From sequence record MK318083.1: a DNA stretch of 32,000 nucleotides. One strand, written 5' to 3'. The position numbers and the translations under genes are program-made. Source of the DNA: Aeromonas phage Akh-2. Positions 21,366 through 30,600 of this stretch are shown here, piece after piece (the first letter of the stretch is position 1; every line of letters begins with the position of its first letter). The notes under the pieces are model-generated. The model saw nothing but the letters and a program-made list of their open reading frames with translations, did not search any database and had not been told where the DNA came from.

Positions 21366-21397
21366 TACAAAAAAGGCTGGCTCAGAGGCCAGCCTTT
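21366..21397 (-). terminator. Intrinsic terminator downstream of the major capsid gene
   Basis: Minus strand AAAGGCTGGC CTCTGA GCCAGCCTTT followed by TTTTGT; 10-bp stem (21372-21397). Confidence 0.8.
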
Positions 21398-21409
21398 ACG
21401 GACTAATTA

Positions 21410-22789
21410 TTACGCAGCAGCGTACTTAGCAGAAACTACACCGTTTGCGAACATACGTTGCAGGTTCAGACGTTGAGTAGCGTAGTATGCATCACGTTGC
21501 TTACCAGCTTGACGCTCACGTTCTACAGTCAGTTGACGCTGACGTGGAACTACGAAGTTGTCGGTATAAACGATAACAGCGTATTCTTTGTCAACAGCCT
21601 TAGCTGGGAACCATTCGGAAACAACTACCGGCATACCGTAGATACGACCAACTTGTCCTTGAAGTTTCACAGAGGAAGCTTCACCAACTTGGTTAACATC
21701 TTGCCATTCTGGGTCTTCCAGAAGATCGTAGTAAGCATCCAAGGAAACGATCAGAGTCAGCTTGGAAACGTTGAAACCATAACGACCCATCTTACGACGA
21801 AGTGCGGAGATTTCAGAAGCAGTTACCTTAATAGTACCATCAGCTTTAGCTTTAGTAGCTACAGCACGACCATCAGTCTGAGCGAACTTCAACAGACCAG
21901 TAGGAACACCTACACCGGTACCGTTCATGAATGCATTTTCGATAGCCTTAGCATGGGACTCGATCAGGTGACGACGAAGGATAGGAAGCAGCGGAAGAAC
22001 AGCGTCTTCTTCAGTTTCATCAGTCATGAAGATCTTAGCAGCCAGCTTGAAGGTAGTGAAGGTCATTTCACCAAGAGCAACCTTGATTTCGTCACCAACA
22101 GTAGCATCAGTACCGAAGGTAGCGTTATCAACCCAAGATGCAGTACCTGCTTCTGGGTCAACCAGCATGGTCAGAGTCTTGGAGTTCATAGGTAGTTCGG
22201 TGAACAGGTTACCTACAACCAGCATCTTCTGAATGTCACGCAGCAAGTTGGTGGAGAAAGTGGTTTCATAGTCTTCACTAGAAACTTGGATAGAAGAAGA
22301 ACCGTTTACTGCTTTCTGGTGAGCCTAACCATACTTGGTATCGAATAGACCTTTTTCAGTCAGATAAGACAGGAATACTACGTTTTCTACTTCTTGAATA
22401 GCATCTTCTGCTTTAGCAAAACGCAGAGCACCTACGTTAAGAGCCGGGGAGCCATTACGAGCAGCAACTAGTTGCTGGATTTCGTTGGACTGAGCCTTAA
22501 CTTGGTCTTGCATTTGTTCAAGAGCTTTAGCGAAAGCTTCACCGCTTTGAGCTAGTTTGCTTTCCAGAGCCTTGACGGTTTCGTTGGCTTCTTCCAGTGC
22601 TTTCTTAGTATCACCGGTAGCGCCGTCAATCAGAGCCTTGATGCGAGCTTGTTCAGCTTTTTCACGCTCAGCTTTTTCTTCAGCTTCTTTTTGAGCTTTC
22701 TGAGTATCACTCAGAGCCTTAAGAGCGTCAGAGATGTTATCCAAGCCAAGTTGGGCGCGCAGGGCATTAATATCTAGTTGTTCTGGCAT
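21410..22789 (-). CDS. HK97-family major capsid protein with N-terminal coiled-coil delta/scaffold-like domain, 459 aa; exactly one in-frame TAG (codon 155)
   Basis: Track ORFs 22325-22789 and 21410-22246 are in the same frame and join at TAG 22325-22327: ...ENVVFLSYLTEKGLFDTKYG[Q]AHQKAVNGSSSIQVSSEDYETTFSTNLLRDIQKMLVVGNLFTELPMNSKTLTMLV... Confidence 0.9.
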
Positions 22790-22790
22790 T

Positions 22791-23417
22791 TCAATTTTTC
22801 CTTAGGCACCCTAACTAACGAGCTAGTTTCATAATTTCTGGCTCTGCAGGGGTAACAGTTGTTGTTTTTGTTGAGGTTTGTTTAGTAAGTTTGGCCTTTA
22901 GTTCTTCACGGTTATTAACACCGAAAGACTTAGATAGGTCAAACATAGAGTCTTGGTTGCAAGGTACGGAAACAACAGAAAGCTCTGTCATTTCAATATC
23001 AGTCATAATGAATACATCTACATCGGGCTTATATTCCCAATCTAGTAGTCTAAAACCGATAGAAAATGCTTTAAGAATCTGCTTTTTAATCTACTGGAAT
23101 ACAGCTGGGATTGTCTCAGAAATACGTACCCTTACGAACAATCCTTCGTCCCTGATTTCTAGCTTCTCAACAACACCAATAGGCATTGAATGATTATGGA
23201 ATGCTAGAACTATGGGGTTCTTTAAGAAGTTGGTTAGCTAAGATTCTTTTTCCCAAGTAGACCTTGGAATCAAGTCACGAGCTCTATCAACCGAAGTAGT
23301 ATTAGCCATACCTTCAATTATGATGTCATCTTCTTCACCAATCTTATCTGATTTAGTTACAGTAGACACCATAAACGGGATATGACCCTCAGCTCCTTTA
23401 ATTAGATTTTCAGGCAT
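22791..23417 (-). CDS. Prohead protease (Peptidase_S78-like), 208 aa (TAG=Gln)
   Basis: MPENLIKGAEGHIPFMVSTVTKSDKIGEEDDIIIEGMANTTSVDRARDLIPRSTWEKESQLTNFLKNPIVLAFHNHSMPIGVVEKLEIRDEGLFVRVRISETIPAVFQQIKKQILKAFSIGFRLLDWEYK...ELSVVSVPCNQDS; hallmark H, SIGF and E(V/L)SVVSVP motifs. Confidence 0.88.
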
Positions 23418-23685
23418 CTTTAGTCACCGTAGTAACCTTATCCTTTAGTACCGGAACCGGCTTTGGTTTAGGTGCTTCAGGCTGCTACTGGGTCTAGACG
23501 TAAGCTTCATAGTCTTTTACGAACTTTGCATAAGCTTTTGGCAGTGCAGGTTCATGGTAAAAACTCTTGATTACGCCTGGAGTGATAAACTCCTAGGTCT
23601 ATCGAGTAGCAAAGAAAAGATTACGCTAAGGGAGCTCAGATCCAAAAATCTAGTAGATGCCCTATAGCTTATCGTTATCGATCAT
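23410..23685 (-). CDS. Small head-module protein, 91 aa (TAG=Gln)
   Basis: MIDNDKLQGIYQIFGSELPQRNLFFATRQTQEFITPGVIKSFYHEPALPKAYAKFVKDYEAYVQTQQQPEAPKPKPVPVLKDKVTTVTKDA*(TGA). Confidence 0.6.
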
Positions 23686-24899
23686 GGTTTATTATCCTCG
23701 TTAGAAGGTTTACCACCCTCTTGTCCAGATACTCCGGTCTAAGACCCTGCAATGTTCTAAGGAACACGTATTTCAGTAGTCTCTGGCAATTTAAGGGCTT
23801 TCAGACCCAACATTTGCCTACCTTCATCAGCAGTAATCAACCCGTTATTTACTAACTTGGTTATACGGTCAGCTTCCTTCTAGGTATCAGGTGAGAGAGC
23901 AAATACGTCCGAAGTGGTTAACTCGAAGCTGTATCCGAAGAACGCAGATAGCTAACTGGCAAATTTCTTTAGATTGGGTAGGATTGTTAAACTAAACATT
24001 AGGTCTATGTTAGGCCTAATATTAGCATTATTTCCACCTTCTAGAAGAATGGGTGGTATCCCCAACTAAGTACAGATAGCGTCGTTGTGGGCTTTCTTAT
24101 CTTCATTGATACCTAGCTGTCCCATGTCAATTTGGGCAGTATTCTTAGCCTTTAGACCACCATCCAATATAATAGCAGAATTCATAAACTTACCATTTCT
24201 GGCGTTGAAGTTTATGTTGATGGAATCTAGTAGCTTATCTTTAAAAGCTTTACTTAGAACTGACTCAGTTTCAAGAATGATACCTAGCATAGTACCGTTA
24301 TCAATGTAACGTTCCTTAAAAGAGCTAAGCTTATCTTTACGAATTATATCATTCTCTGCTGCCTTATACCTAGAGTTAGCGCTAATTGCAGAAGCACCTA
24401 CTCCAGACTTGAAGGAGTTGTCCTTAATAAAGAGAACTTCATCAGTAGCAAGTCGTTTGTCGCCAAACATGTAGTGATCTACTATGTTAACTTTACCGGC
24501 AACAACAGTAATTTCGTTTTCTGGAATATGGTATAGCTATACACCATCCCAGAGAGCAAAAGCCCTTCCGCTAATCCAATAATCTGTAAGCAATAGCCTC
24601 CAGAAAGAGTTAGCATCCTGATACAGGTTAGGCTTTTTAGTAAGAAGAACATCTAAAGATGAGGGGGTGAATGCACCTTTACCTATTGGAGTAATATTAT
24701 GTTTTTTACCAACAGTGAATATTACTTCAGAGGAGTTATCAACTAGGATATTAATACAACGGTTGAAAACTGGGTCTTGCTCATACTACTAAGCTGGAGT
24801 TCGCTTATTCTGCGTAGCTGTTTGAGCTTCACTATCTCTATCTTTAATGTCTGATTGAACAGGGTTCTTCTTAGTTATGAAAAGATCTTTGAAACCCAT
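23682..24899 (-). CDS. Portal protein (HK97-like), 405 aa (TAG=Gln)
   Basis: MGFKDLFITKKNPVQSDIKDRDSEAQTATQNKRTPAQQYEQDPVFNRCINILVDNSSEVIF...LYQDANSFWRLLLTDYWISGRAFALWDGVQLYHIPENEITVV...GIPPILLEGGNNANIRPN...FELTTSDVFALSPDTQKEADRITKLVNNGLITADEGRQMLGL...; RBS GAGGAG. Confidence 0.88.
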
Positions 24900-24909
24900 G
24901 TATTGCTCC

Positions 24910-25332
24910 TCAGCACTTAAATCTACTAAAGCGGCCAACAGATTGTACCTGCTGACCAGACTGTTTAGCATTTTGCTTAATTACCCAATTACGTTGAGCG
25001 TCAGCAGTGTTAAGGAGAGGAGTCACACCATAAATTCTGTGCAACTCTTTGTGGTGTCCCTAACAAAGAGTTACTGTATCATCCACCAGTTCATACCACC
25101 GCTCTTTATAAAGCTATTCCCGAATTGAAACACACTCGTCTTCCGTACTCGGCTCAGGCAAGTTATTTGCGGCGATAAACTAGTCAACTACTAACTTCAC
25201 AGAATGGTAATGATGTAACTCCAATTCTTGTTCAGAGGAGCATATGGCGCAGCAGGGCTATTTAACATAGTTCTACTTGACACCATCTCTAACGTATTTT
25301 ACTACGTCGCGCTTTTTAGTATTTGCAGCCAT
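24910..25332 (-). CDS. HNH endonuclease, 140 aa (TAG=Gln)
   Basis: MAANTKKRDVVKYVRDGVKQNYVKQPCCAICSSEQELELHHYHSVKLVV...TLCQGHHKELHRIYGVTP...; CxxC-HHxH-CxxHH arrangement typical of phage packaging-module HNH proteins. Confidence 0.8.
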
Positions 25333-25357
25333 TGGCTCTCCTCGTTTCTATAAATAC

Positions 25358-25386
25358 ATAATATGTTATAGGTACGTAATTGTAAA
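25358..25386 (-). promoter_or_regulatory. Sigma70-like promoter driving HNH-portal-protease-capsid genes
   Basis: Minus strand TTTACA - 17 nt - TATTAT in the intergenic gap upstream of the HNH gene. Confidence 0.55.
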
Positions 25387-25419
25387 GAATCGTTTAAATT
25401 TCTTCTTCTAAGCCCAGAA

Positions 25420-25848
25420 TTAGTAGGCTACTTTCCAGTGTAAAGTTAACGCACCACCATGCTTAGTAGGCATATAACCTAGAATAGTAGTTACATCCTT
25501 ATACCTATAGCCTACCTCAGCTTGGGCAAAAGGTAGTATCTAGTACCCTACTGGAGTATCCTTATAGCCAGTTACTAGTCCTGTTTTTATACCATAAACC
25601 CAGTTATTATCACTCCAGTCGAAGGTGTAAGTCTACATAACACTAGTCTTATAGTAAGAGTTCTCAGCAACTGCTAACTACCATCCGTCTTTTTCTATAC
25701 CTATCATAGGATTCACTTCATTCACATGACGTGTCTCGTTATTATAAGTGAACTCTCTTGAACCAACGTGATAGGAGAACCCACCTACTAGTATATCCTA
25801 AGACTAGGCACTACTTAGTAGTGCCAATATTAAAATAAGTCTCTTCAT
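25420..25848 (-). CDS. Secreted, predicted outer-membrane beta-barrel-like protein, 142 aa (TAG=Gln)
   Basis: MKRLILILALLSSAQSQDILVGGFSYHVGSREFTYNNETRHVNEVNPMIGIEKDGWQLAVAENSYYKTSVMQTYTFDWSDNNWVYGIKTGLVTGYKDTPVGYQILPFAQAEVGYRYKDVTTILGYMPTKHGGALTLHWKVAY*: signal peptide-like N-terminus, alternating aromatic pattern, C-terminal aromatic residue. Confidence 0.65.
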
Positions 25849-25850
25849 TA

Positions 25851-27143
25851 TTACCTCACAAAGGTATAGATAGCATAACGGAACGCATCCGCAATGTGCG
25901 AGTACTCGTCGTGTAACGGACGTGGGTCGCGAGATGGGTCTATTTCTGGGTCCCACTGGTAGTTACGCAGCATCATGATATGCTTTTCACAGCTGGCAAG
26001 TACAAAGATCTTGTCTTGCTGGAACAGTGATTGTATATATTCAATGCTATCAAGAGTGGACTTCTTCTACTTCATAGTGGAAATATCATGAAGCATCTAT
26101 AAGTCAGCACCAAACTGCTAAGCAGCTGGGTCAATGAATACGCCATCAACTCCATACTTATCCATCTTAGCACGGAAATTCTCAGCATGTTGCTAAGTAG
26201 TTAAACGAGCCTACTCGTATTCATCACAGATATAGAATCTATCCGCCTATCCGTGGTATAGGAGAATCGACGCAGCAGTGCTATCAGAATAACCGTGGTC
26301 CACACCCATAATAAACTCAAATGTACCATCAAATACTGGAGTGTTATTAACGACATGACGTTCTTGATCGAAACAAGTAAAAATCTGAGTTTCGAATACG
26401 TCAAAGTCAGCTTCGTACTCTTGTCTAAATTTCTAAGGGGAACAAGTGCGGCGAGCCTCCTCGATAACACTTTCTGGTACACGTGGGTTATCCCTATAAG
26501 TGCCGTGTATAGAAGCCCATCTACTAAGTTCTTGACTAACACCCCTATCGTAGAAGGTGCGAAACCAGTTATCACCACGAGGGGTGCTAATGAATAGCTA
26601 CTTGCTATTTAATTTATCAAGCATCGGACCAATCTGGACGTCGAAAGTATCTCCGCCACGACGGTCAATCTACGCTTCTTCATAAATAACGAGGTCATAA
26701 GAACGACCTACTACCGAGTCAGCACGGTTAACTGAACCAAGTTTAAAGAATGAACCATTTTCAAGTTCAATCTCTTTGTCCTTAGCGTTCTCTTTAACTG
26801 TCTCTACTCCAGAACCTTTAAGTAGCTTCTTAATTTCATCCCAACCGATGTTAGCAATTGAGTAGTTAGGCTACATAACTAGTACAGAAGCACCCGGTTC
26901 TAACAACTTTAAGAATGCGCACGTATACTATATAAAAGACTTACCTACACGACGAGATACGCAGCAGGTTAGATAACGACAGCGTGGGTCATTAAGCTAA
27001 TTAATGATCTATATTTGAACCTTGTTAGGCTCAACACCTATAACATCAAGGTAGTTCTCAACAGGTAACTAGAAGAATCTCTGGTCAACTGGGATGCTAC
27101 CTATGATATGCTTGTGCTCTATCCAACTTCGGGTAGCTTTCAT
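25851..27143 (-). CDS. terL: Terminase large subunit, 430 aa (TAG=Gln, 14 in-frame TAG)
   Basis: MKATRSWIEHKHIIGSIPVDQRFFQLPVENHLDVIGVEPNKVQ...CVSRRVGKSFIQYT (Walker A-like)...YDLVIYEEAQID (Walker B)...KQLFISTPRGDNW (motif III)...GVDHGYSDSTA...VFIDPAAQ...HDEYSHIADAFRYAIYTFVR* (nuclease). Confidence 0.93.
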
Positions 27144-27607
27144 TTTTTCTTACCTGCAATAATTTGCTGGAGTAGTTTATTATAGTTCTCTCCACCATTA
27201 ATTTGAATATTAGTGGTATTGTTATTTTGGATAAGGTTGGTAGTCTCTTGAAGTTTCATAGACATTTGTAGTTCCTACATCTTCATCTTGTGAACCTTCT
27301 CGATTAAAGTAACAATATCCATTTCTGGTAACATACCAGTTTCTTCCATTTCTTCAATCTTGGCATTAATTATCTCATCTAAAAGACCAAACATGCGGTC
27401 TCGGTTTCTAAAACCGGCTTCCGCGAACTGCTGGTCTAGCAACTACTTAACTGGTCGTTGCTACAAGAATGAGCTAACTTCTTCTAAAGGCATGCTTAGC
27501 TATAGAGCCGTCTCTTTAGCAGAGCAACCATTCTATAGATAAGAGTTCATTACCGTCATAGCTTCAGGTGATACGGCTATGGGCATAAGTTCTTTACTTT
27601 CTGACAT
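27140..27607 (-). CDS. Terminase small subunit-like, 155 aa (TAG=Gln)
   Basis: MSESKELMPIAVSPEAMTVMNSYLQNGCSAKETALQLSMPLEEVSSFLQQRPVKQLLDQQFAEAGFRNRDRMFGLLDEIINAKIEEME...; HTH-like N-terminus, GGAGG RBS, ATGA overlap with terL. Confidence 0.75.
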
Positions 27608-27656
27608 TTTGTGTCCTCCGTGGTATAAAATCATCTCTATTTAAGGAGAGTATATC

Positions 27657-27782
27657 GTGGACTTGCGTGAAGTACAACACATTTTTAATTTTCGTGGGGT
27701 TTGTGAGATTGTGTGGGGTGGCGTGGAGGTTTGTGTAACTCGTGGTATTGTAGGTGTTTACAATATGTATCTAGGCGCTTAA
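27657..27782 (+). CDS. Possible small plus-strand ORF, 41 aa, unknown
   Basis: AAGGAG RBS 8 nt before a GTG start; VDLREVQHIFNFRGVCEIVWGGVEVCVTRGIVGVYNMYLGA*. Short with an alternative start, hence low confidence. Confidence 0.25.
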   Translation: MDLREVQHIFNFRGVCEIVWGGVEVCVTRGIVGVYNMYLGA

Positions 27783-27873
27783 GAGTGATTTTCCAAAAAT
27801 TCATAGGGTTACACATGTAGATGGGCCCCTATATAGGCAAATGAGAACAAGTCTCAATACCGCCTACCCTCTC

Positions 27874-27904
27874 AATAAGATACCGGCCCCCTTTGGAGCC
27901 GGTA
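27874..27904 (-). terminator. Intrinsic terminator-like hairpin downstream of the HAD hydrolase gene
   Basis: Minus strand TACCGGCTCC AAAG GGGGCCGGTA followed by TCTTATT; stem about 10 bp. Confidence 0.6.
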
Positions 27905-27922
27905 AATTTTAGCTTGACTTCA

Positions 27923-28582
27923 TCAGGCTTGCATGATAGCCCCAAAGGTCAGGGCTTCATGGTCATCAGGAAACACACCATCAAACATGGCTGCATCGGT
28001 CAGGGTTTCTTCCTGCTCCCATGCCTCTTGCTCTGCTTGCGCTGCCCCTTCTGCCAAGCCCAAGGCATAAGCCTTGTCAAGCTGCTCATTAAGAACAGTT
28101 GCATTGAAGGTAACAACTCCCAAAGCCTTAGCAGCCTCCAACACACCGAGGTGATCATCATAAAGATGAATGGTTGACTCGGGGCGAGTGGCTTTTAGCA
28201 TCTGCAACCATGCCGCCTTGTAAGCAGCATCACCAGATTTACAGATAGCTTGAACCATGTCAGCCGGAAAGAATTTGTGAATCCGATCACGACTGGCGAT
28301 GAATGGGGTTCTGACACCATGCTGACGTAAGAACACGTAATCGCTCTTACTCATACTGCGAGCGGTGCAAATGCCCACTTGCTCACCCGATGCAATCAGG
28401 GCTCGCATATGCTCAACCAGTGGTAACAGTTCATCCTGCATCACCTTTTCATGGGTGCAGGCTTCTTTGCGATACTTGACCAGATCCAGATCCCCGCCTT
28501 CTTTGAGGCAGGGTTTGACACGGTGGAAGGAGTCGATCACGGTGCCATCGAGATCGAACAGATGGAAGATGGATTGTTTCAT
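27923..28582 (-). CDS. HAD-superfamily hydrolase/phosphatase, 219 aa (standard code)
   Basis: MKQSIFHLFDLDGTVIDSFHRVKPCL... (HAD motif I DLDGTVxD), GICTARSMSKSDY (motif II-like), IHLYDDHLGVLEAA (motif IV-like). Confidence 0.8.
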   Translation of the reverse strand: MKQSIFHLFDLDGTVIDSFHRVKPCLKEGGDLDLVKYRKEACTHEKVMQDELLPLVEHMRALIASGEQVGICTARSMSKSDYVFLRQHGVRTPFIASRDRIHKFFPADMVQAICKSGDAAYKAAWLQMLKATRPESTIHLYDDHLGVLEAAKALGVVTFNATVLNEQLDKAYALGLAEGAAQAEQEAWEQEETLTDAAMFDGVFPDDHEALTFGAIMQA

Positions 28583-28869
28583 TCAACACCCCCGCCCATG
28601 ATCTCCAGTCTCATAGCAACTTTCACAGTTTCAGAGGGGAAGAACATAGCACAATCAGGGTTGCCCTCTTTCAACTCATACATACAGGAGCTCTCATACA
28701 GATCGATTCTACCCGATTGCAGTTGATAGAGGATTACGGTATCAGTGCCGCGATCACGATATGCAATCGCAGTTTGACCACTGGAAAGATAAAACTTTCC
28801 ATCCTCGATGTGTTCCAGAGGAATGAGGTTGAGGGTAGGCAGGCCGCCGATATTATAGGTGAACAACAT
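28579..28869 (-). CDS. Hypothetical protein, 96 aa (standard code)
   Basis: MLFTYNIGGLPTLNLIPLEHIEDGKFYLSSGQTAIAYRDRGTDTVILYQLQ...GGGVE*; AAGGAG RBS supports this start over the longer track ORF; ATGA overlap with the next gene. Confidence 0.65.
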   Translation of the reverse strand: MLFTYNIGGLPTLNLIPLEHIEDGKFYLSSGQTAIAYRDRGTDTVILYQLQSGRIDLYESSCMYELKEGNPDCAMFFPSETVKVAMRLEIMGGGVE

Positions 28870-28900
28870 TTTTTGATTCTCCTTAAAGGGATTTGAAACT

Positions 28901-28923
28901 GCGCCCGCCACAAGGGCAGGCGC
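28901..28923 (-). terminator. GC-rich hairpin between genes (weak terminator candidate)
   Basis: GCGCCCGCC ACAAG GGCAGGCGC, 9-bp stem with one wobble or mismatch; only a short T-run follows on the minus strand. Confidence 0.35.
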
Positions 28924-28934
28924 TTGTCAATAAC

Positions 28935-30515
28935 TTATTTCGCAATCACTTGCGGGATACCATCGCTGGTAATGACGATGTGAGAGTGTGACCAGCTAGA
29001 GGCCCCCACATTATAGCCCATATCAAATGAGCCAGTCACACCAGCCACGGCCACACGGCGACCGTTTTTATACCCGCTGTGAGAGTGGCCGATCACATAG
29101 CAGCCGCCCAAACGCTCAAAGGCGGTATAGCCACCGCGAGCCCCGTTAATTCCGCAATCGCCATGATGCCCCAGCTCTACACCATGAACGGTATAGGACT
29201 CGTCCCGACCCAGAAACTTGATACGCTTGAAATCCAATTGCTTGCATACCAGTTTCAAGGCACGTTCCAGCGGAATGGAATCATCCTTGATGCCCTGCAA
29301 TGCGGCCTCATAGCGGGGCTTTTGCAGGTCACACCAGAGCGGGCAGTTTACCGGATCTTGGCGCGGGTCGGCTTCTTCCAGCCAGCGATCCAGAGCGCGA
29401 TCATGGTTAGAGTTCACGATCACGATCTGGGCGTCGGTCTGGTCGATCAGTTGGGCGAGCACTCCCCCCGCTTCCATCAGGTCATCCGATACTGTCCGGC
29501 CAGCTTGGCTGGCAAGGAACAGACCCGACCCGCGATTGTGGTGGTTACGGCTGGTAAAGTCTAGCAGGTCATGAAGGACGATATGGGCGGCGGCCACCTC
29601 TTGGGCAAGCTCGATAGCATCGGCGAAAGTGTGTTCATCCAGCTTTTCAGCGTGGATATCACCCAACACAAGGGCGGAATCACCGGCAGGATCAGCGAAC
29701 CCGAATTCGTTGATAGGCAGGCCACGATAGAAACCTTGTCCATCCTTGTCCAGCTCAACCTGATCGAAAGAGCCATCATTATGGATCACGGTGAACCCGA
29801 TAACGTGGTCGGCGCTTGCTTCTGCCCCAGCGCGGCCCGCACGGTAGCGCGGCAAACAGAGGGTGCCGGTTGCGACTGCCCAGCGTTCGGGCTGCCCCTT
29901 CATACGGGGCAAGCTTTCGGCTTGCTGCTTGACGTGGGGGATCACGGTCAGGGTGCGATCACCACTCATAAGCTTGGCGTTGTTGATCGGCTTTTTGTTG
30001 GTGGGGATCACGTCACCATTGAGCACCAGAATATCACCGCCCAGCCAGACGGGGGCAGGCTGGCAACTGATAGCCAGATCATCGGGGTGGTCATTATCCA
30101 TATCCACCTTGTAAGAGCAGGCGACCGGCAGCAATTCGGCTTGCAGTTGGCGGGCCAACATGCGAGCGGTTGCCATGGCAGGTGCGCAGATCTGGGCGTT
30201 GTTCTGTACGCTGAAAACGATGAAAGTCCCCGCCTCTACCTTGGGCGCGTTTTCAAAGTGCTGATCGAGGCTGGTAAAGCTGGGATTACGCTCGACAGGT
30301 TCGGCGGTTGCTTTGGTAGGCTTGACTTTTACCGGACGGTTAGCATCCAGAAATTCACGCAATTCAGCAACTCGGGAACCGCCAAACAGACGATCCGCCA
30401 CCTGCCCCGCCGTTTCGGCTTTGCTGGTATCAAGACGCTTGCCCCAGTAGTTGAGGCCGTTAGCGGCTTCAAGGATTTGGGCTTGCTGGTCAGCGGTAAA
30501 GTTATATTCTGCCAT
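28935..30515 (-). CDS. Calcineurin-like metallophosphoesterase domain protein, 526 aa (standard code)
   Basis: MAEYNFTADQQAQILEAANGL...; metallophosphoesterase motifs ALVLGDIHAEKLD, HDLLDF, VNSNHDRALDRWL, GHHGDCG, VIGHSHSG. GAGAGAG RBS before this ATG (track start 30533 is slightly upstream). Confidence 0.8.
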   Translation of the reverse strand: MAEYNFTADQQAQILEAANGLNYWGKRLDTSKAETAGQVADRLFGGSRVAELREFLDANRPVKVKPTKATAEPVERNPSFTSLDQHFENAPKVEAGTFIVFSVQNNAQICAPAMATARMLARQLQAELLPVACSYKVDMDNDHPDDLAISCQPAPVWLGGDILVLNGDVIPTNKKPINNAKLMSGDRTLTVIPHVKQQAESLPRMKGQPERWAVATGTLCLPRYRAGRAGAEASADHVIGFTVIHNDGSFDQVELDKDGQGFYRGLPINEFGFADPAGDSALVLGDIHAEKLDEHTFADAIELAQEVAAAHIVLHDLLDFTSRNHHNRGSGLFLASQAGRTVSDDLMEAGGVLAQLIDQTDAQIVIVNSNHDRALDRWLEEADPRQDPVNCPLWCDLQKPRYEAALQGIKDDSIPLERALKLVCKQLDFKRIKFLGRDESYTVHGVELGHHGDCGINGARGGYTAFERLGGCYVIGHSHSGYKNGRRVAVAGVTGSFDMGYNVGASSWSHSHIVITSDGIPQVIAK

Positions 30516-30600
30516 AATGTAAATCTCTCTCATTTGAGGTCATAGCGGTTAACGTCTAACCGATAGAGCCCCCTAGCTCATAATTAAGGGGCTCGGGCTC

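Noticed and set aside
21458-22195. 245-aa plus-strand ORF antisense to the capsid gene
   Set aside because: Low-complexity Ser/Thr/Leu antisense of an optimised HK97 capsid gene; no RBS context or domain.
252-27607. Interpretation as a degraded prophage full of pseudogenes, or poor-quality sequence
   Set aside because: Interruptions are almost only TAG, not TAA/TGA or frameshifts; domains are intact and true stops are all TAA/TGA, which decay or random error would not produce.
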